DNA of 64,000 nucleotides from Octopus sinensis. Lineage: Eukaryota. The position numbers and the translations under genes were made by a program. The notes below the pieces were generated by a model, which made no database searches, was not told where the DNA came from, and was given only the letters and a program-made list of their open reading frames with translations. Positions within the stretch are counted from its first letter, which is position 1. Each line of letters starts with the position of its first letter. The stretch spans positions 2,542,001 through 2,606,000 of the forward strand of contig NC_043011.1 of assembly GCF_006345805.1 (NCBI RefSeq). Direction: 5' to 3'. This document shows, piece after piece, positions 1-11,278 of this stretch.

Positions 1-883
1 TATGACAGAACTAACAGTAACAGTAGTTTTGTTAGCTTCACTGTTATTGAAGTAAATTGATGAACATCAATCTTTTGAAGTATACTGAACAGGATTATAT
101 CCGAACAAGAAACAGCCTTTGAATCGAGTAAAAGAAAATATTTAATTTAAGATAATAGGACACATTGCTAGAATTATGTTTTTTAAATTGTATTACTACA
201 TGAGTAGGATGAAATCTCTGGAATAAGAAGTGGTGAGGTTCATTCAAGTTTGTTAAATTACTATGAATGTCAGGGGAAAATGAATACTAGAGAAAACATT
301 CTGCAGTACACAACATACATAATTTCTTACCAGATTTTGTGTTCAATTCTTAATAGTGTTGTTGACTTGAAATTTCGTTCCTTCTCATTTGGTGTAATAA
401 ATGCTGGTAATATATTCAGGTTGATTCAAATAACTAGGTTTGTACTCAGGTCAAACCTCCAAAATGAAATCAATATTAAGCCTAAGACATTCAAGCTAGA
501 GCTTCAGAAATTATGACACAAAAAAATTGCATAAAAGCATAGAAGTGGGGCGTAAGCATTAAATTGTCATGAAGTAGAATAACCAGAAATATATGGAAAG
601 GCACATTCCATTATAAATGTAGTAGAAACAGTTAAAGGAAATGTAATGAAGAACTTCAATGCCAAAGAATGATTATGAATCAACTGGATGAATTTCTTCT
701 AAATTTGTTATAAAAAAAACATTGCCTGCCATACTATATATGGAATTTAAAAGCAGGAAATGTAGTGGAACATATATGGAGCAAACTGCACATTTTGTTT
801 CATGTCCCTTGTTGCATCTTCAATAATGGTGAAGTTATAAAATTCTTTAGCTATTATTAAACAGAAATTTTTGTGTCTTTTAC

Positions 884-1277
884 TCTACTCTCTTTTACTT
901 GTTTCAGTCATTTTACTGTGGCCATGCTGGAGCACCGCCTTTAGTCGAGCAAATCGACCCCAGGACTTATTCTTTGTAAGCCCAGTACTTATTCTATTGA
1001 TCTCTTTTGCCGAACTGCTAAGTTACGGGGACGTAAACACACCTGCATCAGTTGTCAAGCGATGTTGGAGGGACAAACACAGACACACAAACACACACAC
1101 ACATATATATACATATATACGACGGGCTTCTTTCAGTTTCCGTCTACCAAATCCACTCACAAGGCTTTGATCAGCCCGAAGCTATAGTAGAAGACACTTG
1201 CCCAAGGTGGCACGCAGTGGGACTGAACCCGGAACCATGTGGTTGGTAAGCAAGCTACTTACCACAAAGCCACTCGC
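884..1277 (-). mobile_element. tRNA-derived SINE family A
   Basis: Head with A box (TGGC.GTGTGGTAAG) and B box (GGTTCAGTCCC), internal TA/CA microsatellite, (GAGTAAAA)n tail. About 15 copies in the window. Confidence 0.9.
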
Positions 1278-1861
1278 GCATAAAAAATAATTTAATTGAA
1301 ACCAAAATGTACCACAGGGCAGCCAACCACTTTCTCATTCTGGCTGCATTAAAGAAATGTGGGATAAATTTATTGCTAGATAAGAATTGAGATTATCATC
1401 AGTAGATTTCTCAATGAATTTAATGAATCACAGCAACCAAGGTACTATTCTGTGACTATTGAGTTCATTTGTGATTTAAATCTCTAAACTGTAATAACTC
1501 AGAGTTAAGTGGATTTACCAAGTGAGAGAAAAGTGTTTTACCAGTGACAAGATGCTGGCCAACCATCCTCAGCTGGTTGTTCAGTCCCATATTCACACAA
1601 ATTTCAAGTGTAACATACAGATCATTTTTTAATGAAAGAATTCTTTTGAATTCTGGTACTGCTAAAATTTTTAAAACAATAACTTTTTCCTTTGTGTATC
1701 ACTCAATTTCACCAAACATAGTTGTTAATACTAGTGGAAGCAATTAAGTTTGTCATTAGAAGAGATGGTTTCCAGGTGGAAATTGTGATATTGGTATTAA
1801 ACAATACGTGGTGGTATCAAAAGGTTCCCAAACTAGTTTTGTTTAATAAAAGATAACTTAG

Positions 1862-1980
1862 AAAATTACTATTTTAAAATCTCACAATGTGAGATACTCA
1901 GCAACAGTACTTTGTAGTAAAGATTATTTACCAACATAACCTGACAGTCCCGGTCTAGGACGAATGTTGCTGTAATTTAT
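1862..1980. repeat. ~120-bp direct repeat, copy 1 (copy 2 at 4042-4160)
   Basis: AAAATTACTATTTT.AAATCTCACAA.GTGAGA...AATGTTGC.GTAATT occurs twice, about 85% identical by hand count. Confidence 0.85.
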
Positions 1981-2080
1981 CCCCAAGAGACATCGTCTCC
2001 AGCTGGCTCTTGGACACAATCTGTATCTTTACATTTTCGAATGAGGGAATCTAGCACCCCCACTCAGCTCAAAACAATGT

Positions 2081-2123
2081 CTGTGTATCACGATTTCCAG
2101 GTTATTTCCCTTCATCAGCACAG
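2081..2123 (-). ncRNA. Minimal hammerhead motif, probably decayed
   Basis: Minus strand CTGTG-CTGATGA-AGG-GAAATAA-CCT-G-GAAA-TCGTGA-TA-CACAG. Helix I CTGTG/CACAG. Near-palindromic helix III ATCGTGAT. Confidence 0.6.
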
Positions 2124-2145
2124 AATAATTGTTCAGCTAGAGGTT

Positions 2146-3970
2146 AATTCTTTATTACAGGCACAAGGCCTAACACGGAGGGGACATGCAGCAACAAAAA
2201 ATACATGAAAGGATGAATGTAAAATGAATTAAATTACAATGAAATGAAACAGTAATCTTGCTCCCGCACCGAGATGAAACCGTGAATTCCCTTTAAACTT
2301 TACATAACAACCTCCAGCCTCGCTCCGAGGCGAAACCGCGACTTCCCTTTTCGCTTTCACCTTACAATTTTAAAACGTTTTAAACAAATGTTCATACAGG
2401 ATTTACTTATTTCTTTCCTTTTTTTCTAAACAAAATGTTTAACCAAATGTTCTTCTCGGTATTTCATAGTCGTTAAAATTAACCACGACTTACCACTTCA
2501 CCTTCTCCCTTCCGTCCACATAATTCACCACCGAAGCGCGTGGTTCAACATCGTCCTCCGGCCTCAGTGGATTTACTCTTTCACAATGTCTTCCAATTCT
2601 GAAATTCTTTCACCTTTGGGGTCTCCTATATTTCACTATAATTTTCGTTTTGTTTGTGTTTTGCATGTTGGCGCTTTTTGTCTCTGTGTTTCTGCAGTTT
2701 TTGGCTTTCGTGTGATTGTATCTGTATCTCTGTGTGTTCGTGTATTTGTGTGTCTGTGTGTTCGTTTGACTGTAATTCTGCAGGTTTCGTCGGTATGTCT
2801 ATGTCTTTAGGTTTCCGTAATTCTGGGTTGTCTTGTTTCTATTCGTTATTACTTGTGTGCTTTTGCATGTCTATGTGTTTGCGTGTCTGCTGGTCTGAAT
2901 GACTCTGTACTTGTAAATCCTTCACTGGTGATCCTACTGGTAAATCTTCCCCGTTTCTCATCGAGGGTTGGGTTGCCTCTTCTATTGCTTTGTACTTCTT
3001 CAATTCCACTATCATCGGTGACTTCTTTTTCTCTCTTTTTCTGGCTTACACCTCCGCAAAGTTCCCGTCATGTTCTGTTTTCTGCTTCTGCTGTTTTTCT
3101 ACCATTATATTCTCCTGAATACTCTTCTTTACCATTTCCACTGATGCTCTCGGCCATTTCTTTCTCAGGTGCCTTCTTTCACCACATTCGTAACACTTTG
3201 GGGATCTCCCCTCCAACATTATCTCCAGCTTTTCTTCATTTGGTAGCTCTAAAGTTTCAGGTATTTCATCGTAATATTTTGGGCTCACTGCTCAAACTAT
3301 CTCTAATCCGTTACCCCACCACTTCACTTGTTGGGTTCAGCTTATCATGCAAATCCTCACGTCTTTGCTTTCCTTCCTCATCTCCGAATAAAAAAATTGC
3401 GGCTATTATCCACTCTGGGCCTATCAACGGTGGGATTCTTCCCACCCTAATTCTAACAATTCTTTTGTCCAAACAGTTTGGCATCAAAGTCCATTTTTCT
3501 CCCTGTATCAGCTTTTTGTAGGTTCTTTCCACCTCCTCTTCTCATACAAAGGTTATCACTATCGACGCATATCTCTTTCCTCTCATAAAGAACGTTATGC
3601 TGTCTCCTATCTGTTCTTCCAAAATTTCTATTTCTTCCTGCGGCGCTTGTTCAATTCGTCTCTTTCTATTCGAAAATGTTCTGAATATGACCGTCTTCCT
3701 TTCCATTTTCACTTTTCCTCCTCTGGCAGGGTCATTTTTATATTTGACCCTTCCTTCTTTACCATACCATAATATTTCTTTATCAGCTCTTCATTCCACT
3801 GTAACATCTCCTGTTTCAGTACACGTGTGATAGGGAAACTCGTTCTCCAGTAGCTTCTGCATAAATTCTCATTTTTCACAGTTATTCACCACCACCCAAC
3901 AATAGTGGCTTCGCACAAAAAAAAGTCATCTAGAGTTCTTCAAAATACAAAAAAATTGTTCGGCTAGAAG
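2146..3970 (-). mobile_element. Decayed ORF1/gag-like-only retroelement
   Basis: Broken reading frame (~2500-3810) including IVRIRVGRIPP and a zinc knuckle LEGRSPKCYECGERRHLRKKW (last Cys lost). It is followed by a ~350-bp UTR ending AGGCCTTGTGCCTGTAATAAAAGAAT. No APE or RT seen. Confidence 0.65.
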
Positions 3971-4041
3971 TGGCACTGCCAAATTCCCGTTCGAAATATA
4001 TAGTTTTCATAGTAACAGCTAGTCACTGATTTATAAATTAT

Positions 4042-4160
4042 AAAATTACTATTTTTAAATCTCACAACGTGAGAAATTCAGCAACAGTACTTTGAAGTAA
4101 AGATTGCTTGCCAATATATCATGGCAGTCCCCGTCTAGAACTAATGTTGCAGTAATTCAG
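4042..4160. repeat. ~120-bp direct repeat, copy 2
   Basis: Aligns to 1862-1980. Confidence 0.85.
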
Positions 4161-4389
4161 CTAGCTGGAGACTTTTGGAATCTGGCCTGGAAGTTGTTTT
4201 CTGTGAGTTGAAGACCTTCTGCGATTTAATCTCAATCTCAATAACCATGTTAAAATGTTGACCTTTGAGCTGCATTTTCACCTCGAGGAAGAGATGCAAG
4301 TTTTCCTGTGCTATATTTGGTGAATAGGATGGGTCCAGATGTGATACCATATTGTATTTGGTGATAATCTCAAAGTGAGGAGAAATTGG

Positions 4390-4560
4390 TGAAAAATCCA
4401 ATACAGATGCCGACGACCGCTTTGTTCAAAGCCTCCCTGGACCTCAAGTGGCCTGAACTCTTTACATGAACACCACCCTGTACTTAACTCCATGTCCCCC
4501 TACATGGCCTTGCTATTTGCTTTTGAGCCAAATTAACTAACTAACTAACTAACTAACTAA
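4390..4560 (+). mobile_element. CR1 LINE 3' end with (TAAC)n tail
   Basis: Matches the 3' part of 52430-52747 (GCCTGAACTCTTT.CATGAACACC.CCCTGTAC.TAACTCCATGTCCCCCTACATGGCCTTGCT). Confidence 0.8.
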
Positions 4561-4692
4561 ATGCTTCAAAGCGTCTCAGCAGATCTCTCAAAGGATGATC
4601 TGGCCCTGGGGGATGAATTCTCAATGCACAGTAGCACATTTCCTGAGGTGATGCTCGTGGCAGGTCTTTCAGATCACTCATTGTCTTTCAGG

Positions 4693-5035
4693 GACTGAGC
4701 AGCCAACTGGCTTCCGTACCCGTGGCACGTAAAAGGGCACCGTTCGAGCGTGATCGTTACCAAAGTCGCCTTACTGGCACCTGTGCTGGTGGCATGTATA
4801 AAAGGATTCGAGCGAGGTTGTTGCCAGTACCACCTGACTGGCCCCCGTGCAGGTGGCACGTAAAAAGCACCCACTACACTCTCGGAGTGGTTGGCGTTAG
4901 GAAGGGCATCCAGCTGTAGAAACTCTGCAAGATCAAGACTGGAGCCTGGTGCAGCCATCCGGTTGCCAGCCCTCAGTCAAAATCGTCAAACCCATGCTAG
5001 CATGGAAAACGGACGTTAAATGATGATGATGATGT
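4693..5035 (+). mobile_element. SINE-like family C with (GAT)n tail
   Basis: Internal TGGCACGTAAAA(A)GCACC repeats, AGGAAGGGCATCCAGC, and 3' AACCCATGCTAGCATGGAAA.CGGACGTTAAATGATGATGAT. Confidence 0.8.
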
Positions 5036-7352
5036 GCCACTCAAAACATTGTGTACAGCCCAATGCCTCATAGTCGTAAGCTTGCCAAAGCATGTTCAAT
5101 GTTTCTGTAGCAGACCTCGCAAGTTTAACACAAAATTTCACGTTGGCTCTTTGTTCCTGTCCATGACAAAAATCGCTTAATACAGCATACATGTGATCAC
5201 AAAAAATACAAATTTCACAACTTGCAAAGTAAACATAACAATATCACTTGGTACACCATCTTAAGAAGGTTAGTGCTAACTCTCACTGTACATGCAACCG
5301 TTTGCTGCCATCTGTAGGTGAGAACTTTTTGATACCACCTCATATTTGTAAGTTGAAAGCATGCAGAAAACAGAGCCCTGTGTTGCACATATGGAAATGT
5401 GTATCAAGTAACTTAATTGTTCACATGCTCATAGTTATAGAGTGTGCAGAAAATCTTAAAGAAAAAGTGAAATGATTTTTGGGTTTGTCTTTTGTTATTT
5501 ACTAATATATTTATGGGACCTATGCATGCTTATTTCTCAAAGAAACAAGTTAATTTTAGTCAAAGTTCTGGTAATTCAATTTAAAATACCTATATTCTTC
5601 TGCTCAAATTCATGTCACTGGAATAGGACTATATATGTTAGAGTGAGTATTGATTGTATCATCTTTTAAGCATTAGTTGTACTTTATCAACACTCAGAAC
5701 TCAAAAAGTAGAGGGATAGAAATAGATACTACAAAGCATATAGTTTGTTCTGGTAGGCCTTGCCATGATGTTGATGATTAATTTGGTGGTCTCTCTAATG
5801 ATACAAGCTATTAGAATTGATTTATATTATGGGATATCTTTATAATTGGGGTATAATTTTGAATCAATGACAGCAATGACAGTAATGAACTCCACTACTT
5901 TACTACTAGAGAAGAATTATTTATTAATCAATGATTTTTGGCTTCTAATGTACCTGATTTATTATACGCTATTCTTAAAATTTTTAATTGCTTATATTGA
6001 CCTTTCCCCAGTTTTATGGTTAGTTATTGGCAAGATAATCTCATATATATATATATATATACATACATACAGAGAGATAGATAAATATTGGTATGTGCAT
6101 GATAAAAAACTGCTGTAATTTTTATAGTTACGTTTAAACTTTACTTTCATAGAAACTTAGACAGACAAGTTTCCTATAAGAACATATATAATTTAAGAAA
6201 AATAATTACTTTAAAAAATTTCTTTTGCAAAATTTTACTGTCTTTTTTTTTATCTTTCTCCAGTAGTGTAGCTTTTATTGTCTAAATGAAAATAAAGAAC
6301 TTTTATTTGGTATTTGTTTAAAACTGTACTCTCCAGAGAAAATATAACTGCAGGAAAACATTATTTTCACTGTCTAGGTTGATGTGCTTGAAAAATAATC
6401 TTAATACAATTGAGGTTACATTACTACTGAAATTCCTTAATTTATCTTATAACATTTACTCATTAGAGACTCCAGTCATTACAATAATAACACAAAAAAA
6501 AAATATATGCAAATATTTAAATATAAACATTCTCTTCTCCCTACAGGCTGTCTTGAATATAAATATGGTATTATTTATTAGTTGGGATACCTTTGGTTAA
6601 AGATAGAAAGAAGTGAAAAGTCATAATATTAATGTCCTTCCATTATGTATGTTTTATTTGTGGCTACGACTTTAATTCTTGAAGCAATTTAAATACTTTC
6701 TTGGCTATATTTCAGAAAGTAAAAGGAAATTTTGTCAGAAGACATTTATGAAATGTTAAATCTTTCAAGAGTCTCAAATGATCATGACAGAGACTGTTGA
6801 AGAGCAATTAATAATTAAAACGATTGTGATATGACATACTTCACTGATTTATGTATTACAGAATCATTTATATAGTTTCTGTTGAAGAAATTTTGCCTAA
6901 ATTAGCATTTGGAATACATTCAGTCTTACAAAGTCCAAGAATTTGTTTTCTATCTTCGTCTGAATCATATTCCTACTAGCAGCACAATATTGATTAACCA
7001 TTCTTCAGTCATTTTTATCATCATAGATTATCAAAATTGTTAGAATGTCAGAGAAAATTAATTGTGGTACTTGTTCCAAATATCCACACTTGAAGTTCAG
7101 ATACAACTAAGGTCACCTTACCTTTTCAGCTTACCAAGGGCGATAAATAAAGCAGTAGTCAGGTATTGGGATAAATACAATTGATATGATTTTGTCCAGT
7201 TTTTACGATTTTGTACAGAAATCACGCTTTCAAAATTTTAATTTCCCTCTATCCCCACCACAATTTCTTAATTTGTAACTTTTTCAAATATTTTTTGTTT
7301 TTTATCTACGTAGAAAAATAAAGAGATTACGATGAGAAATATATATATATAT

Positions 7353-7811
<459 letters not shown>

Positions 7812-8199
7812 TTTAACTTTTCTTTAAGAAACACTCAATTTCCCTTCCCCCACTTCACACACCCATCACCTACCAGCTTTCAAAAAGCTAAAATCTCAAA
7901 ATCTTTCACTTTTGTCTGATGTTTCCTGCATGCATAGAATTCTACTGAAATAGTAGACTTGAAAAATACCAGACCACCACCAGAAAACCCGACATGCTAG
8001 AAACAACAGTAAACGTTGTTTACTGAAGAAACTTCCCTGCTTTCCAAAAAGCTAAAAGTGAACATTGGGAGTGTGTAGCCTTTTGAAAGTGGAGAGGTGA
8101 TGGGTAAAATTCTTAAAGATTTGTACTCTCTGTTTTTTCTCCATGGATTACCAAGAATAAACATTTGAAAAAAGTAAATAATTAATTTGGTGTGGAGAG

Positions 8200-9000
8200 G
8201 GAGAGAATTAAAATATCGAGAACGTGTTTTGTGGGTGAATCTCCTATATTGCAAACTTAGGAATCGGAAGAAATTTAGGGGGAAAAAAATAATGGTGGAG
8301 GCGGAAATGTCACCTCGGATGTGCTAGAAAGAAGAAGTAAAGGACAGGATTTCTGGGAAAACTTCCTTTTAAGTTTATATTGAGGATCAGGTTTTTAAAT
8401 ATGCTCATCACAAACACAAATTACACAATAGAAAAATATCATTTCAATTAAGTTTGAGCTGTAGACTTGCACATGAACACTGCAAGAATTAACATAATTC
8501 GCACAGAAGTTTTACCTAAAATGTGTGTCAAAGGAAGTTATGTTATGGCATTTTTTCATTTTAAGAAGCAAAGTTGTCAACTCGACACATATGGGACCAC
8601 ATGATTGTTTGTTAATTTCCGTAAAATTGTTTTAATTTCTTATGCTTTGAAGAAAGCAGAAATCGAAAGAGAGGATAAAGTGAAATGGCGACATTTGCTT
8701 TGAAGCGAAAGGAGAAAGTAAAAGAGAAGAGAAAGTTTAAGATGTACGTGTATATGAAATGGACATGTGTGAGAGAGAGAGAGAGAGAGTGAGTGAGTGA
8801 ATGTGTGTATTTTGATGTATGAATTTTTTTTGCATTTATGTGCAAGTGGCACTTACTCTCTCTCTCTCTCTCTCTCTCAGACATTAGCTTTCATATCGTA
8901 CGTAAGTAGGTGGAGGTAAAGAATATGCTCACCGCCCCACTTTGGCGTAACCCTGACCCTAAGCACAATTGCGTATCCTTGACCTTCGCCCATAAATACA
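8200..9000. promoter_or_regulatory. Possible promoter or first-exon-like region
   Basis: Locally richer in CpG than the flanks, with GGCGGAAATG (ETS/E2F-like), GAAATGGCG (YY1-like or ATG-GCG start) and CCGCCCC. It could equally be an unrecognised repeat. Confidence 0.2.
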
Positions 9001-9596
9001 TTGCATACATCTTTTGTGTGTGTGTGAGAGAGAGAGAGAGAGGCTATATTTCCTCATAACATAGAGAAAAATGGATGTCTTTTAATGCAACTTTTTGGGT
9101 TGTGGCTTATTTTAATACAATATTTATGGGTACATTTTCATAAATGTTTGTCTGAGTAGAATTCTACACATGTGTGAAGCATCGGACGAAAGTTATACAT
9201 TAGAAGCAAATCAAAATATTGTCTGAAAATGACCTCAAAATTGTGCAACCCAACCTAGTTGTTGAGGTTATTTTAGTTGTAAAAAGGTTATTGAGTCAAA
9301 AATATAATTTATTTGGTTGATAGATAGATAAGCAGCTTTCTTCATTATAATATACATATAATTAATTCGGAGAAACATTATTTTCATTATTCACACATTG
9401 TTGCTCTTCTAATGCAACACTTTGTAATTTTGGTTCAAATTGAAAGTGTGAAACTATTTTCATTTTGTAATGAAACCTGGTCATTGTAGAGGAGTGTATT
9501 TGAAATAAATATAGCTGGTTATTGAGATAATGTGGAAAATATGTAAATGAAAATAAAGTTTATTTGACATGCATAATTGATTTGATTGTTCTGGAA

Positions 9597-9803
9597 GGCA
9601 GTGAGATGGCAGAATTGTTAGGAAAATGCTTGAACAGTATTTTGTCTGTCTTTACCTTCTGATTTCAAATGCTGCCTGAGTCATCTTTGCCTTTCATCCT
9701 TTCAGGGTCAATAAATTAAATACCAGTGAGACACTGGGGTCTATGTAATCGACTGGTCCCCACACCCGAAATTTCAGGCCTTGTGCCTATAGTAGAACGG
9801 ATT
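9597..9803 (+). mobile_element. SINE family B variant (3' end AGGCCTTGTGCCTATAGTAGAA)
   Basis: Same core as family B with a different 3' end. Confidence 0.8.
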
Positions 9804-9804
9804 T

Positions 9805-10085
9805 GATTGTTCTGGTCTTAACATCAGTTGGTGAGAATAGAAGTAATTTGACGACACCTTTTTGTTTGTAATTGGCTCTCCTATTACAGGTTCAATCTGA
9901 GGAATATTGAAATGATACCCATCTTGTCCATTCCACAGAATAAGAGTATATTGGAGAGCATCATAAGAGGGATGAGTCTGTAAAATACGTTTAAGGATGT
10001 TATCTCGAGCACAAATGAGAATATCATGATTTTCAATGGGATCACCAACCATAAGGATGGCTACTTCATTTGATGTGGACATATT
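9805..10085 (-). mobile_element. Helitron Rep/helicase fragment
   Basis: NEVAILMVGD...HDILI..R.N.LKRI..THPSYDALQY.LI.W.GQDGYHFNI...NKKVS...FYS..LM.R resembles the region upstream of the Rep motifs in animal Helitrons. Confidence 0.82.
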
Positions 10086-11278
10086 AAAACAGTGTAAAAT
10101 GTTCTTTACTATAGTTTACTATAGACGCAACGAATGCAGAAACACACACACATACTCACAGAACTGATAATATTGAAAACAGAAAAACGTACTCATATGA
10201 AGTTCAAGCAAAATGAAATGTAGTCAATATAGGTGCAAAACATACTTTCTGTAGTATAGTTATGCTATAAAAAATGGAAAGTCACCAATTTAGCAAAAGT
10301 TAGTATGTGTCACCAATGTAAGAAAGTACAGAAAATCAACATATATTTGAAACATGTACTAAATGATATAAAATTCCGATTGAATGAATGTCACACTGAA
10401 GAAAGTGAAAGTCCAAGAAAATTCAGAAGGTATAATTCAATTTTTCATACAAAAATAATTTATTTTACAATTTTGAAACGAACGCTGACCCAAGTGAATA
10501 AAAAGGAAGATGCTCTTGTTGTGAACGTTAATTTAAATATTTGCTGAAGGATGTATGTAGCAAGATATGAATTAATTTGACATTACAATATATGAGTAAC
10601 GCAGTAAAAAGGTTGTGCAACTTTGATACTTACAGTGATGAAGAATAGAAGGACTGTTAAAAAAAAACATTATCTTGAAACTGGTTAGAAGGAGTGGAAT
10701 AACATTTCTGTAATTATATTGAAAAAGCCACTGAGACTTTCTACTTCGCCAATTTCTGAATTTGTTATAATAACCAGAACAATATTTTTTCAGATATATT
10801 TCCGAGGATTTTGAGTGGTGTTAAATCAGCTAAATTTTCATGTTGGTAGTACTTGAAAGTGAACGTTGCTGCTTGTTTGAAATCCAGGCCACAAGTAAAC
10901 TTTAAATATCGGTGCGTTTCATTGTTGGGGGGTGGGGAAGTTGTATACATAAACTAAGAGAGACACATGCACAACACACACATACATTAACACACACCTG
11001 AAGCCTATCTCTGTCTCTGTGTGTGTTTGTTGCTGCCTTTAAGTGTGTGTGTGTGTGGCAGTCATCACAAAAATGTATGTATAGTGACAGACACATACAC
11101 CGTCACACACATATACTTGTAAGTCATCAGCCTAACATAGGTAACGAAGGTGCGAATACACTCGTAGAAAATGTGACATCTTCGTTGAGGTGGTGATATA
11201 AAATGTCATTTACGACTGGTGGTTAAAAGAAAAATGATAATGTTAAATTTTTGTAAATTTTGAAGAATGAAAGTCTTC

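Larger units (their letters stand above)
1807..5342 (-). mobile_element. Decayed mariner transposon with several nested insertions
   Basis: TIRs TA|CGTGGTGGTATCAAAAGGTTC (1805-1827) and GAACTTTTTGATACCACCTCA|TA (5322-5344). Transposase remnants on the minus strand: N-terminus like EQRANVKFCVKL..SATETL..L.QAY (5040-5165), SLKDNE.SERPATS / VH.EFIPQGQ (4560-4690), and HLDPSYSPNIAQENLHLFLEVKMQLKGQHF (4160-4385). Confidence 0.85.

Noticed and set aside
871-1249. Recurring ORFs such as MSSNARG...HLPKMPRSGTEPGTMW and MRNWYLIYRPRKDERQS
   Set aside because: They are incidental frames inside multi-copy SINE families A and B.
2260-2350. Two ~40-bp GAAACCG-containing repeats as ribozyme or CRISPR-like units
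   Set aside because: No CUGANGA partner and only two degenerate units. This is 3' UTR duplication in the ORF1-only element.
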